From contig NW_026262723.1 of the NCBI RefSeq assembly GCF_021869535.1, positions 17,484,001 to 17,548,000 on the forward strand: 64,000 nucleotides of DNA, in the 5' to 3' direction. The notes under the pieces were generated by a model that was not told the origin of the DNA, searched no databases, and saw only the letters and a program-made list of their open reading frames with translations. The stretch's first letter is position 1. Every line of letters starts with the position of its first letter. Shown here piece by piece: positions 39,119 to 52,520 of the stretch. This DNA is from Mytilus californianus (lineage: Eukaryota). The translations under genes were made by a program, and so were the position numbers.

Positions 39119-40060
39119 CTTTAAGATGAAGTAAAATAATAAAAAGAATTATACAGGCTATCAGTATTACTATAATATTTTCCTTTTATTTCCGAATTAC
39201 TTACGGAAAAAAACACATCGGATATCAAAGACGAACATATGTACTCATAATCACTGGAATTTTGATTGTTTGTTGATTTTGTCGGTATTACATGTTTATC
39301 ATTTCAGTAATGACACTTCTAAAGAAAGTGGAGTTAATGTGAAGGCGACAACTAGGAAGATTTCTTGAGCGAACGTAAAAGCATGTGTATAAGAGATTTC
39401 GATTTATCACTTCTGTACCTGATTATATATAATGCTTTCTTGTCAAAAGTTATCTTAGTATAATGATAAATGAAATTATGTAATGATCACTAGTAATAAC
39501 ACTTTGATGTGTATGCAACACCAGACTTGTCGTTATCCTAGTGAGTACACTGCGTTTGAAAAAAAACAATTGCAATTTATTTACATATCAAAGATCAAAA
39601 CATAACTAATTCATATACTTTTATATATATAAGTATGACCAAATCTTGATATATAATAGTTATGTCTTATATATTTGTTTAAGGCTTTTGCGGTTCTTTC
39701 ATTCTAAGGAAATCTGCAAAAAAAATCGCCCAAATCTCATATTTATATAAAAATGAGTTAACAGCCGTACTCAATAAGAGTATAAGGATTCGCCACAAAG
39801 TGTAATGAACGATAACCATCTTTTGGATCAGGCTGTTGTTCATATTCTGTTGTTGGCAATTTTTGGTCAAACGTTTCAATTATGGCATGTTTATATATAA
39901 ATGAATTCACGGTCACACCACAAGTCCATGTAGTAAAATGGCCTGACGTAATGATAGAAATTACCATGATTACCTATAAACAAAATTAACAAAATTCTGA
40001 AAGGATTGAAGATTACTTTTAAAAAGCACATGGAAACAGAAGATGGACAAAAAGTGAAAG

Positions 40061-40065
<5 letters not shown>

Positions 40066-40096
<31 letters not shown>

Positions 40097-40208
40097 GTAA
40101 TAGTTTTCTTTAGAAGTAACACTAAGACGTTAGAGTATTTCATTTTGAATTAGCTCATTATCGTTCTATCCTACTTACAGTTTCGATTTGTTTGAAGAAA
40201 AAGGATAG

Positions 40209-40296
<88 letters not shown>
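40066..40296. repeat. Two (TA)n microsatellites (40066-40092 and 40211-40296)
   Basis: Directly visible pure TA runs. Confidence 0.97.
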
Positions 40297-40299
<3 letters not shown>

Positions 40300-40589
40300 C
40301 GCGTAGATACTTAAACTTGATTGGAACCTCTAAAGAAATACGACTGTTTTATTTGTATTTACGCGACTTAATGGAAATTCGTAACAAACAAATTCTTAAT
40401 AGAGGTATCAGTTATGTCAAGTATTTTGTTCTTTCGCTTTAAACAAACTTGGAGATGAATTTAATTTAAGACATGATCTGTAAGCTGTAAGAACTTTAAG
40501 ATGTAAAATTATGATTGAGTAAATGTAAACATTTAACGGATTAGCAACAAGTTCAAAATACAAGGGAGCCCTGAGTTCTTAGAATAAGT

Positions 40590-41190
40590 AAAGTATTGCT
40601 ATACTGGGTTGTGCTTGTCCCAAGTCAGGACCCAGTTCAGTGGTTGTCATTGGTTCGTGTCTGTAATATTTGTTTTTCGTAAATTGTTTTGTTGTTAATA
40701 AGGCCGTTAGTTTTCGCGTTTGAAATTGTTTTCATTTTTCATGTCAGGGCCTTTTATAGACGACTATACAATCAGGGTTTTTCTCATTGATACGGTTGCC
40801 TATAATTGCTTACATCCACACACTATCCGTATTTTCTTGCAAGTACAGAAGTACTGGCTACTGGGCTGTTGATACCCTCGGGGACTCACAGTCCACCAGC
40901 AGAAGTATCGACCCAGTGGTAGTAATAATACCATGCCAATGAGACAACTCTCCATCCAAACCAAAATTTTTAAGAGTAAACCATTATAAGTCAAAGTAAT
41001 GCCTTCGACACGGAGCCTTGGCTCACACCGAACAGCAAGCTATAAAGGGCCCCAAAAATGACTAGTGTAAAACCATTCAAACAGGAAAATCAACGGTCTA
41101 ATCTATATAAAAAACGAAAAACGAGAAACACTTATGAACCACATCAACAAACGACAACCACTGAACAACAGGTTCCTGACTTAGGACAGG
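40590..41190. mobile_element. Two PLE family A tails in opposite orientation (+ ~40590-40820; - ~40930-41190) separated by a hammerhead-like relic
   Basis: CCTGTCCCAAGTCAGGA-like and TGCCAATGAGACAACTCTCC motifs. Between them lies ACTGGG-CTGTTGA...CCCAGT at 40860-40917. Confidence 0.7.
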
Positions 41191-41399
41191 TTTACGTTAC
41201 TAGTGAATGAAAGACTCCGAGTTGACGGTTGCTTTCACTTGTTTACTTTGCTTTCAATAAAAATAGGTTTTCTCATTTTTTTTTGCTATACGTGTCTTTT
41301 ATTTGAAATAATCAAGAAAAAGCATTGCCAGCATGCCTTCTCTTTTAATGCAATTTTAAACAAAAATTCGGATTCTCTTGGATGCATGTAATTACAAAT

Positions 41400-42203
41400 A
41401 TATAAGTAATTGTTCAATGTAATCGTTCATCATACAGTCTCATAAATCATGTTTTTAGGAGTTTTACAGACAAAAAATAGGAATTTATGTTTTAATAGAA
41501 ATGTCACCAAAATGTGTCCTCGTGACTGAAGAATAAGTAGAAATACAAAACCGCTTTGAATTACAAATATGAAAATAAGAAGATGTGGTATGATTGCCAA
41601 TGAGACAACTCTCCACAAGAGACCATATGACACAGAAATTAACAACTAAAGGTCAGCGTACGGCCTTCAACAATAAGTAAAACAGCTTATTCTCATAAAA
41701 AAAAAACCTCATACAAAACTAAAATATAAAACTAAAACATCATTCTTTAGATCATAACCTTTTGAATAAATGTTTAAATGGTATATATAATTTCTCAAAT
41801 TCATACATATGTAATTGTTCATTGTAAGCGTTCATCATACAGTCTCATAAATCATGTTTTTATGAGTTTTACAGAATAAGAATAGAAATTTATGTTTTGA
41901 TAGAAATGTCACCAAAATTTGTCCTCGTGACTGAAGAATAAGTAGAAAATACAAAACCGCTTTGAATTACAAATATGAAAATAAGAAGATGTGGTATGAT
42001 TGCCAATGAGACAACTCTCCACAAGAGACCATATGACACAGAAATTATCAACTAAAGGTCATCGTACGGCCTTCAACAATGAGTAAAAAAGTTTATTCTC
42101 ACAACAAAAAAAACACATATAAAACTAAAATATAAAACTAAAACATCATTCTTTAGATCAAAACCTTCTGAATAAATGTTTAAATGGTATATATAATTTC
42201 TCA
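41400..42203. repeat. 405-bp tandem duplication containing a truncated PLE tail
   Basis: CGTTCATCATACAGTCTC at 41424 and 41829. The two halves align throughout with few mismatches. Confidence 0.92.
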
Positions 42204-42579
42204 TCAGCGAAAAAATGTTACAGGGAAAACAATTGATTTCACACTATTAAGCGATGAAATATTAGTTAAAGATATATAGTTGAACGATTAACGAGTGCTT
42301 AACATTACTTGACAAGTACTGTGATTATGTAATTATAATTATGAAATATTCTGATAACAAAACATCATATCTCGATGTGATAGCTGTTAATTATGTATAA
42401 AAAGTTGTACTATCGCTGCAAAAATGCTTAATGAAACATTTCTTTTGAGATTAGTTTTTATTTCAGGGAGAAATACGTTCAATACTTCATGATCAAGATT
42501 TATTAGTTACATAACATGGGGATTTATGGTATAAATTGGTATATAAATAGACAAGCGTATCAAACGCACTTTTATAATT

Positions 42580-42840
42580 ATGGCTGTCCAAACTTTAAGC
42601 TAGGAGTTCCCTGGTGAAATTCATTAATTTAACCTTTAGTATCGAACACAATTCCTGATGAAAAAGCATCAATCTAGATTGGTGTATCGATACAAATTGT
42701 ATATCTATGGCTGTCTAAACTTTCGGCTATAGGCGTTACTGGTGAAAAAGCATTATTCTAGATTAGTGTATCGAGCCAATAGTATATTTATCATGGCTGT
42801 CCAAACTTTCGGCTATGATCGTTCCTGGTGAAAAAGCATT
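42580..42840. repeat. Degenerate ~86-bp tandem repeat
   Basis: ATGGCTGTC(C/T)AAACTTT at ~42580, 42707 and 42793; CTG(A/G)TGAAAAAGCAT occurs three times. Confidence 0.7.
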
Positions 42841-43224
42841 AAGGGTGTACATAGGTCAGGTTTAGGAATTTTTGTCAGATGTTTGGACTCCTTGCTTTTT
42901 TCCTACGATACAGGGAAAAATATTTTCCCCATAACACCCATTTTTCTTTTCATATAAGACTTCAATAGCTCATAAAAGGTCATTTACCAAAATTTAAGCA
43001 GATTCTAGATTTATTTTCTTTCGATTTGAGACCCTAAAAATACCAATGCAAATAAAAGGTAAAAGTCCGACTCAACCTTTTCCAGCCATTTTTTTTTTAA
43101 ATTAAATATCTCGAAAAAGAGCTCCATAACCTATCAGTATTTTAGCTTATTTTGTTCCTTAACTAATGCTCTTCTGAATTATAGTATCAATTTTAAATTC
43201 TAGATTTTTTTAATTTCACCAAAT

Positions 43225-43600
43225 ATAAATAAGAAGATGTGGTATGAGTGCCAATGAGACAACTATCCATCCAGTCACAATGTGTAAAAAGTAAACCTTT
43301 ATAGGCCTTCAACACGGAGCCTTGGCTCACACCGAACAGCAAGCTATATAGGGCCCCAAAATGACCAGTGTAAACCAATTCAAACAGGAAAACCAACGGT
43401 CTGATCTATATAAAAAAACGAGAAACACTAATGAACCACACCAACAAACGACAACCACTGAACAACAGGCTCCTCACAGGTGCATAAAAATGCAGCGGGT
43501 TTAAACGTTTAAACAGGCGCCAACCTTCACCCTAACCTGAAACAGTGGTGTAACATTACAACATAAAAAGACACACAATAAAATATCAATTGAAATGGCA
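43225..43600 (-). mobile_element. PLE 3' tail (family A)
   Basis: Reverse complement of 36960-37355 (AAGAAGATGTGGTATGAGTGCCAATGAGACAAC...ATATCAATTGAAATGGC). Confidence 0.85.
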
Positions 43601-44524
43601 ATACATCCTAAATCTAGAAGTGTATCGAATGCCTGGAATATGCATACCTTGTTTATAATAAACATCTAAATGTAACTTCCATTTTTTAGCTCATAATTCA
43701 GTCAGAATCGGGTTTACGTATGGGCAAAATATCATTACGCGTTAGACTGACTGCTGTTAATGACCTGGTTTAATAGAGATGTGAATATGCGTTAGCGGTA
43801 CAGTACCCTGCATCAACACAATAAAACAAGAAAAATAGTCAGGATATGGACTTTATAGACATAAGCACCTTTACTAAGTGTCTGAACAATTTGTTAATGA
43901 ATTTAACGTATTAACAAAAACCAAAAACCCTTAATCCACTCCTTATTCCTGAAAGACCCATTTTAACCGATCACAACGTTTTTCGTAGAAGTTTTTTGAA
44001 ATAGTTCCATAAATTTGGAGAAATCGTTACTTAAATTGTATCTGGTCCATTCGTCATTTTGAACAATAAAATATGTTTAAACTAATGCTTTTGATACTGA
44101 AACGGCAATATTTTCCTGGTCAAAATACTAGATCTTGAATAGAACTGTGTTGATATCATTTGTTTTACATGTCAATAGAGAAAACAGAATCTCTCAATAG
44201 CCCTGAAGCAAATTTTATTAAATGGTAAGCAATTGAATCAGATTCCAAGTGATGGAAATAAATGTAATTGCCATTTATTGACATAAAAGGAAAACTATAA
44301 ACGTTCTGATTCATAAAATAACATGTTATATTTGAAGTAAAAGGAAATATTGACATATTCTTCATCAAGTGGCCAATGATTAAACTGTCGTTGTGTTCTA
44401 TATCTATTGTTTGTTGTACTCCAAAACCTCGGTTCACTTCACAGACCACTTATCTCCAAGCAAATATTCTGTTCTATGTCTTTATTTACCATGAGATGAT
44501 ACTGTGTTTTGTCAGTCAAACGTG

Positions 44525-44978
44525 GTAAAAGAGAGACGAAATATACCAAAGGGACATTCAAACTCATAAGTCGAAAATAAACTGACAACGCCATGGTTAA
44601 AGAAAGACAGACAAACAATAGTACACAAAACACAACCTAGAAAAATTAAAGACTGAGCAACACGAACGCCACCAAAAACTGGGGGTGATCTCAGGTGCTC
44701 CGGAAAGGTAAGCAGATCCTGCTCCACATGTGGCACCCATCGTGTTACTCATGTTAGTACAAACCCGGTAATAAGTTTAATTAGGTCACATTCGGGGAAA
44801 AGGAGACGGGATTGTAGTTACGACATTTGGAACATATCCGCTATCATCTGCGAAATGGATATTCAATAACGGTCAAGCAACTCGTGATGGCGTCCGTAAA
44901 ATTACCGAAGGGATGATTTCAACTTCACCACTAGGAACTCTTGGTTTAATAGCTTTCTTGTGAGCAGCAACCCTCTAT
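44525..44978 (-). mobile_element. PLE family C 3' end (RT-thumb end plus tail)
   Basis: Minus strand encodes RGLLLTRKLLNQEFLVVKLKSSLR*FYGRHHELLDRY, followed by the tail ending ...GGTATATTTCGTCTCTCTTTT. Confidence 0.85.
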
Positions 44979-45339
44979 ATTCCGTTATATTACTTATAGC
45001 ATGCAATATTACTTGAACAGACATGTAAGTCTATATGTAGACGTATTTATTGGATCATTATATGTACCTCATGTCTTCATCGGATTAATAGACTGTTACG
45101 TAACATACACCGGAAAATATGCAATCATAAACATGTATCCAATATGGAAAAGAATGATGTGAACTACTTAGCCTGAGTTCTTTATGTTTAATCCGAGAAG
45201 TAATTATTGTCGAAGACGTCACTTCATCCGGACCATTATTCTGACTGCTAGTCTACCCGTCTTTGTTATTACTCCTAAAGTCCTAGTGTTTAGCCAAAAA
45301 AAGCTAAGTCTCTCGTTGGACTAATATAAAACTTAGGAG

Positions 45340-46600
45340 ATAACTATCCACCAAAGTTCAAATGAAATGGATGTAAGCAATTATAGGAAACCATATGGCC
45401 TTCAACTATGAGAAAAACCCATACCGTATAGTCGGTTATAAAAGGCCCCGACATAAAAAAAAAAGATATAAAACAATTTAATTGAGAAAACTAACGATCT
45501 TAATTTATAACCAAACAATTTACGAAAAACAAATATGGCAGACATGAAACAACGACAACCATGCGTACTGAGCTATAGGCCCTTGACTTGGAACAGACAT
45601 CAAAAGTATGTGGCGGGTTAAACATGTTCGAAGGCACCAGACCCCTCCTAACCTGGGACAGTGGTGTAACAGTACAACATAAGAACAAACTATCAGTTGA
45701 AATCAGTTGAAAAGGGCTTAACTCATCAGATCGATACAAAGCAGAAAAACATCTCACAAAAACACATACTGGACGTGGCAGGGTATTTTTACATACCTCA
45801 CAACAACAAAAAAAAACCAAAAAGAGTACATGTCTGAGAGTACTCGCAATTATTGACACTTAGTTCAAAGCCAATAACAAGCAATACAAGAATCGTGAAT
45901 TTAAGACTAAAATATCATTTGTGAACCCATGCCTGAACATATGAAATAGATACGTTTGATAATACAACAACAGTTTCATTACGAGTATATGTAAGCTTTT
46001 ATGGAGAACAAAATCAAAATTCGAAACTCTTGTAAAAATAAGGAGGTGTGGTGAGATTGTCAATGAGCAGAGTTAAAATGAAGTCGAAGAAAATGAGAAA
46101 AACCAATAACGTATAGTCGGTATAAAAGGCCACAACATGAAAAATGTTAAACAATCCAAACGAGAAAACTAACGGCCTAATTTATAGCAAAACAATTTAC
46201 GAAAAACAAATATGACAGACTGCAATCAACGACAACCAATGAACTATAGGCTCCAGACTTAGGACAGGCACATAAAAATGTGGCGGGGTTAAACATTTTT
46301 GTGAGCGCTCAACCTTCCCCCCTGCTGGAACAGTGGTGTAACAGCACATCATAAGAACAAACTGTTAAAATCAGTTGCAATTGGCTTAACGCAAAAGATC
46401 GGTATGAGGCACAAAATCCACTAACATAAAAACAATAGACACAAAGCACCGATATAGGAAAACTCGCACTTACTAAAAGCTAGTTCAAAGCCAATTACAA
46501 CTAATCAATAAATCATGTTCTCCCAGACTATAGTATCAATCAGTAAACATCTAACGGATTTAGTGTAAAGACAAAAAGCGCGCATAGCTTTGATTGGCAT
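45340..46600 (-). mobile_element. Two adjacent PLE family A tails (~45340-45920 and ~46020-46600) extending into the SECIS region
   Basis: Both run from the terminal motif up through GGCTTTGAACTA, homologous to 36485-36520. The second keeps ACACTAAATCC..GATG...TTGAT..AGTC. Confidence 0.8.
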
Positions 46601-47514
46601 GCAATAAATATTGTCAATATTTTAACATGGATGTATGATTCACTCGAGAAGACAGCAATTTGGACGAATAATCATAAAAAAACTAGCATTTGCGTTAAAA
46701 TATGCAATCAAGAAAGCGTTAGGTAAAAAAAACCGCTATGACAAATCATTGCTTGATTTCCATCAACATAAACGCTTATTCCGATTCTTATGTTTTCTAT
46801 TTAATTACTTGTGACAGAACAATGCATAAAAATGTAGTTTGGTTGCAACTTGGACTAGTAAATGGTTCTTTTATTAGTCACAGGCTGTAAATACAACTTA
46901 TGTCATTTTTCCCATTTGGAAAGCTTTGAAATATATACAAATGTGTTTGGTATAAAATTGAAAGGATATCGGCTTAATATTACATTTGTGTCAAGACAAT
47001 GAGATTGATTACCAAACATCTAATGTGGTTGCTGTACGTTGTTACAATTCCATTTCCGATTTTATATAATCACTTAATTTGTTTTACAGTCCCGGAGTAA
47101 ATGATCTTAATGGAAAACAGATTCGAAGTGAATGTGGGCAAACATAGAAAATAAATGTCATTGGTGTTTATTTATCATGTTTATATTGGTGACACAGACC
47201 ATAATCCCAAACTTAATTTTTGTATAGTGAAAAATGTAATGTTTTACGACGAACGTTCCTCTTATCAAATTGTCAAAATAATGACTAATTATGTCGTCAT
47301 GCTAAACCAAGTGTTTTTCAGTTAAACGGAGATTTAAGTTTCATTGTTTTATATACGGTCGTCGTCTGCGTAACACTTGTTAATCAACATCTTCTTAAAA
47401 ACACGTTAAGCAGCCATCCATCAACATCTTCTCAAAGACGGGATGAGAAGAGTCGTTATGAAAAATGTCAATGTCCGAAGTGATATCATACCTTCAAATT
47501 ACAATGGTGTAAAG

Positions 47515-47643
47515 ATATAAGAAGATGTGGTATGAGTGCCACTGAGTGCCAATGAGACAACTCTCCATCCAAGTCACAATTTGTAAAAGTTAACCATAAT
47601 AGGTCAAAGTACGGCCTTCAACACGGAGCCTTGGCTCACACAA
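47515..47643 (-). mobile_element. Short PLE family A terminal fragment
   Basis: AAGAAGATGTGGTATGAGTGCC...CACGGAGCCTTGGCTCACAC, with a local GAGTGCCA duplication. Confidence 0.85.
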
Positions 47644-48662
47644 TGGTATAAGACTCATAAAATAAAATTTGTAAATGTGTTTGTATGACAAATTTCTTCT
47701 ATAGAACATGAAGTTGTGCACTTGCTAATTGTTTGTGTTATATACTGTAAGTGATTTTCACGGTGGTTTTATATCCCAAAACATGGACTTCATCATTTAT
47801 GATTACATCAGTTTGTTAACTCTTGGAAAACGGTTTGACAGAATTCAAACAAACTTGCACAGGTTCTTCTACAATTCAGGAAGTTGTTCACTGATATTTT
47901 GATATTTGATCTGTATGATTTTAAGTTTTTTTCATATATTACATATCAAAACTTCGACTGCGCCATTTCTATCGTATCTCATTTGGAGACGCCAGGTTAC
48001 ACATGTTCTTTGCACGACTTACGACTTACACATGTTCTTTGCACGACTTACACATGTTCTTCTAGGATGACACGCTAGGCTGACCCGGATGCTTTACTTG
48101 CTAGTTCGCAAGGTACAGTCAACAGGAAGACATGTGAACCTATCGTGACATATTATCACCTAAATTTATCAAACCAACGTCCTCAAAACAAGCACATTAC
48201 TACAAAATCACTGACTATCATACGTTTATACCCTAAATTTGAATCTCATAGATATATTTATTTATTAATTTATTCATTTAAATGTTTATCTTTTATTGAT
48301 TCTTTCATGTAACCTTAAAGACACTTTTGATGTTTTTTTAGAGATTCACATGCTTAATGAATTTAAAACCCGCTTTTGGTGATGCCTAAAAAGGAAGGTT
48401 AATAAAGAGACCTTGAATTAGGGCTAACCATCAACCCTATCGAAATACCCAACTCACCAGCCAGTCAAATGACTTTTTGTTTATTTCTTTCTTTTTTCTG
48501 ATGGTAAATAGTTCTTTGTAGATTCAAATTCTGTCCAAACCGAAGAAATTCAGTACCCACTTTTTGTATGATTTCAATGATACGTCTCAATCTAATTATT
48601 TGCTCTGGTTAGATGCTGCTCCATGGCGTCTCGCGTGTATTTTTTCCCGATTGTCTGGTATC

Positions 48663-48708
48663 GTGCGTACCTGACGATGGTTATTTCGGAAACACGAGTC
48701 GTATGCAC
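48663..48708 (+). ncRNA. Minimal type I hammerhead ribozyme motif
   Basis: GTGCGTAC-CTGACGA-tgg ttatt tcg-GAAA-C acga G-TC-GTATGCAC. Stem I has 8 bp (one G.U), CUGANGA and GAAA are intact, the cleavage triplet is GUC (48698-48700). Stems II and III are weak. Confidence 0.65.
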
Positions 48709-51700
48709 AGAAATCAGTGTCACTCGTTGACGGCTTGTTTTCTAGTATTGACCTATATTCTTTGTGTACTTAACTTAACAACTCGTTCAACAATTACAAA
48801 AACACCAACAATGATCGATGGCTTGTGTATGAACAAGATAATTCGGTAACAGTTACACATTAGAAACAATCAAGTGAAATCCGATGAAAAGCTCTTAAAA
48901 ATAATATATGATAATGCAATATTAATGGGGGATGTCATTTTACGACAACCTTCTCTAAAAATATAATCAAAATGAATTTAAATGGTAAATATTGGAAATT
49001 AACTACTATATTCAATTTCCTGCGTTAAATAAAGAATTGATTTTAGTATTGTAAATATGGTTTTCTCTTTTAAACCATATGGTATCGTTCAAATTACTAT
49101 GTTTCACCCACGTTTTTAACGCAACTGCTGTTTTGTATTTGGATGTGGGGCGAGACTGACATTGACAGTTCGTGAAAAGGAGAAATTTTTAAATGCTTTG
49201 ATATAATTACTGATTTGAATATTTCTTTAATTCAGGCTACCAACAGACACTTAATGAACCCAGTGATTTTAATAATAATTCTTTTTCATTTATAAACAAC
49301 ATATAATATGCAGAATAATCCCGACAAAAAAATTAAATAATTACATTTATTCCTCGTGTTGTATTCAATGTATAAAACCATGCAAGTATATAAAACATAT
49401 ACGAAGCTTACAGTCGGAATTGTTTCTTTACGTACCATGTATGAATATTTCCATTACGAGAAACACATACACGATAACAGAGATTAACATGTTAGCAGGA
49501 AACGACAACAATGTTCTATATAAAATAATTCTCGCAAGTTAATTTCCGAGTCCGTTCCGCTAATAGACAAGACAACCGTTATATATATATATATCAATTG
49601 CGTTTCCCGCAGATAATTACCTAATTATCTAACCTGATCCTAACCGGATATGATTGTCGATACCTGATATTCTAGGATATCGACATGTGGTCACCTAAAG
49701 GAAGAATTAGAGCATTGCAGATACAATCTTCGTATGAAGCAAATTCTAAATAAATATTGGCTGTGTGAGATTAATAAAGAGGATGGACGTAGAGCTTTGA
49801 ACTGTAATATGATGAGAGATTAACCTTGCTAGAATCAGCATTATTCCCTATAAACAAAACATGATAATTCAATTATCAATTGTAGCCCATGCAATTTAAC
49901 TTCAATATTGTTCTTATATTTTTTTATCTATTTATAAATTCATTTATTAATCGAATTTGGTTTTGTTTATTCTTCTTTTCAAGGCAATATACATGTGTGT
50001 GCATTATACAACAAACACAAAACATAAACTTCAAAATGCATAAAACTCTTTTAATGTTGTTGGTGGTTTTTTTTTTTTTCTAAACGTCAAGTGGCAAATA
50101 TTTGATTCATATTGAGGATAAGAACAAGTTTAAACAAAACGAAAAACATGTAAATAAGTAGTATTGCAATGTGGTCGACAGGAACAAAAGACGGGAAATT
50201 TGAGACTGTCACCATGGTCACTGTTAATACTATAGTAGGATATGTCGGGTATATATATATATATATTTATTCAAGATAAAAAGGCATGAATTTGACAGAT
50301 ACAAAATATTACAAAGACATAGATACAGCACTAGACATAGTTTATAGACACTAAAATGATATACATGTTTACTAAAAATTTTAAATTAAGAAATAAAAAA
50401 TAAAATTATGAAAATTTTCATGATATTTTGATAATATGATTAGACTAGATTAAAAATGAGTGAAATTTAACTTGACTAGATTTTACACTGTAGCCTAATA
50501 TCTTAGGATGACCCACAAAAGTTAGTAAAACTTATTTCCAGTGGGGTCCTTTAAGGGGTAAGGACAAAAACTTTGCCAAGTGCAAAAGGTCACATCTTTC
50601 AACATCTTAATTGCGAACACGAAGCATTGGATATAACATGACTGTGTATCGATACATGATAAAAAAAAAAAATTGTTGGAAAAACAAATTTTAAATGTTA
50701 TGTTCATATAAATGTGAATTATTTTGTAAATATGTGTCTCATAAGCCAACTCAATGGCTGGATATTGATTGTTTTAATGTATATTTTTATTATGCTATTG
50801 TATAATGTACAATCAATATGTGATACAATAATAAAATAAAATTTATTATTTATATGTCGCAAAACCACACAGGCGTCTGGCGGAAAAAGTACATGTGACC
50901 ATATTTCTATACACCAGTCAACGCTTGTGGTCATATTATGCATGGATAAAGTATATATTAGAAGAACCAACTTCAGATATGGACCTTGCTAGTGACTGTA
51001 CTGTATAGCCCCATACAGTTAGTCTAAGTTCGAATGGCATGTTTATATATATATGCATGATAAAAGACAAAATTCTTGATAATATTTCGAAGTTCTTTGC
51101 ATGAATTATCGCTTAATTATTTATGAGAATTAAAATGAAACAAGTAATGACATTCATCTCCCATACACATATTTCTGAGAATTATGATTATCAATATATT
51201 GACAATATGTAATTCAAGAGGTTTCATAGTCCTCTGAGTCATCTCCAAAACCACATTCAGTGTGACGACATGACAATAGCGGCGACATCCTACCAGTGTC
51301 CAAATTAACGAGATTAAGCAACCAAAACAAACAAAATATTAAATTCAGACAATAAAAGTGAATTCCTTAGTGAATGTGTTTAGAATAATATGTTTGTATT
51401 AATTAAAACGTGTGAATGTATTTGCACATAGTGTCATTATAATTCTTCGTCCACAACTGGTCAACATCTGGCTGTAACAGCTTAATAATTATTGTCATCT
51501 CAAACAACATATATTCAGCATGCCAGTCAGTCAATGTATCGTCCCCTGGTGTCAGCTGTATTTAAGATATCACATTGCTATCTTACTTGCTGCTGACACG
51601 GACAGGACTGTAAACATGCTAAACCTTTTGGGAGAGACAACTGTATATATATCTTTTGTACAACTATATATAATTTCTTTTTTTTTCTCGATATATATTT

Positions 51701-52520
51701 ATAAACTTAATGTCAGCCACATTTGTACTGTGTATTATAAAAGTTTAAGCTGCTTAAATTTTTTTTTAAGAAAGTTATATATCGCTTGATTTTATTGAAT
51801 CTTATTTGTTTGTCTAGGTTCCTTTTTCAAACGGTCAATGGAACTGAGGACAAGGGACTCTTGATTAACTGAATATTATAAGATATTTTGTATATATGTT
51901 GTAATTTGTATTTTGTTTGTCACAAGCTTTATTTATATGCTTTACGACAATAAAGATTATTATTATTTGATTTCAAATTATAATGTTACTGTCATGTCAA
52001 ATGTTTATGCTCTTCAGGGACCTTAATTGGAATGAAATAGTCTTCCTTTCTTCTTCAAATAGTATCCTATGAGAAAAAAATAGTAAACCCTTTATATGTC
52101 TAAGAAAAACGATTTACGTTGTGCAGTAAGATAGAGTTACGCAAAGTCAGTCTTGAATAAAGGTCATATTGTGGCGAGGTTAGCCAAGATAGACCGATTT
52201 TCCATGACTACGAGAAAAAGTGATAGATCATCTGAGTGCTTTTCGTTCCAAAAACAATGGCAAGATAATTATTAATTTATAGCGAAGTAATTGATTTTTT
52301 GCATTCTTTATATTGTGGATCTTTTAATTTGTAATTTTACGCTTTTAATCGCTTAAGTGATCAGTTTTTATATTTCTTTGTTTGTTCCCACATTTGTTGG
52401 GTCAAATTATATGATCTATTAATATGATTAAGAGTGCAGAATATCTGTATCTTTCATACTCCCACGCAATCTTTCATCTTAAAATAATCAAACGTCAACA
52501 AACCATGCGATTATACTTAC

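Larger units (their letters stand above)
6496..52520 (-). other. Inferred ~46 kb first intron of the claudin-like gene
   Basis: GTAAGT donor at 52520-52515 and CAG acceptor at 6498-6496. I found no better in-frame exon between them by eye. Confidence 0.65.

Noticed and set aside
40860-40917. Plus-strand hammerhead ribozyme
   Set aside because: Stem I (ACTGGG/CCCAGT) is present, but the core is CUGUUGA and GAAA is absent; relic only.
44165-44449. 94-aa minus-strand ORF
   Set aside because: Non-ATG start, composition expected from AT-rich DNA, no domain recognised.
45715-45735. CTGATGAG on the minus strand of a PLE tail as a hammerhead core
   Set aside because: No GAAA follows a closing stem II, and I could not fold stems I and III.
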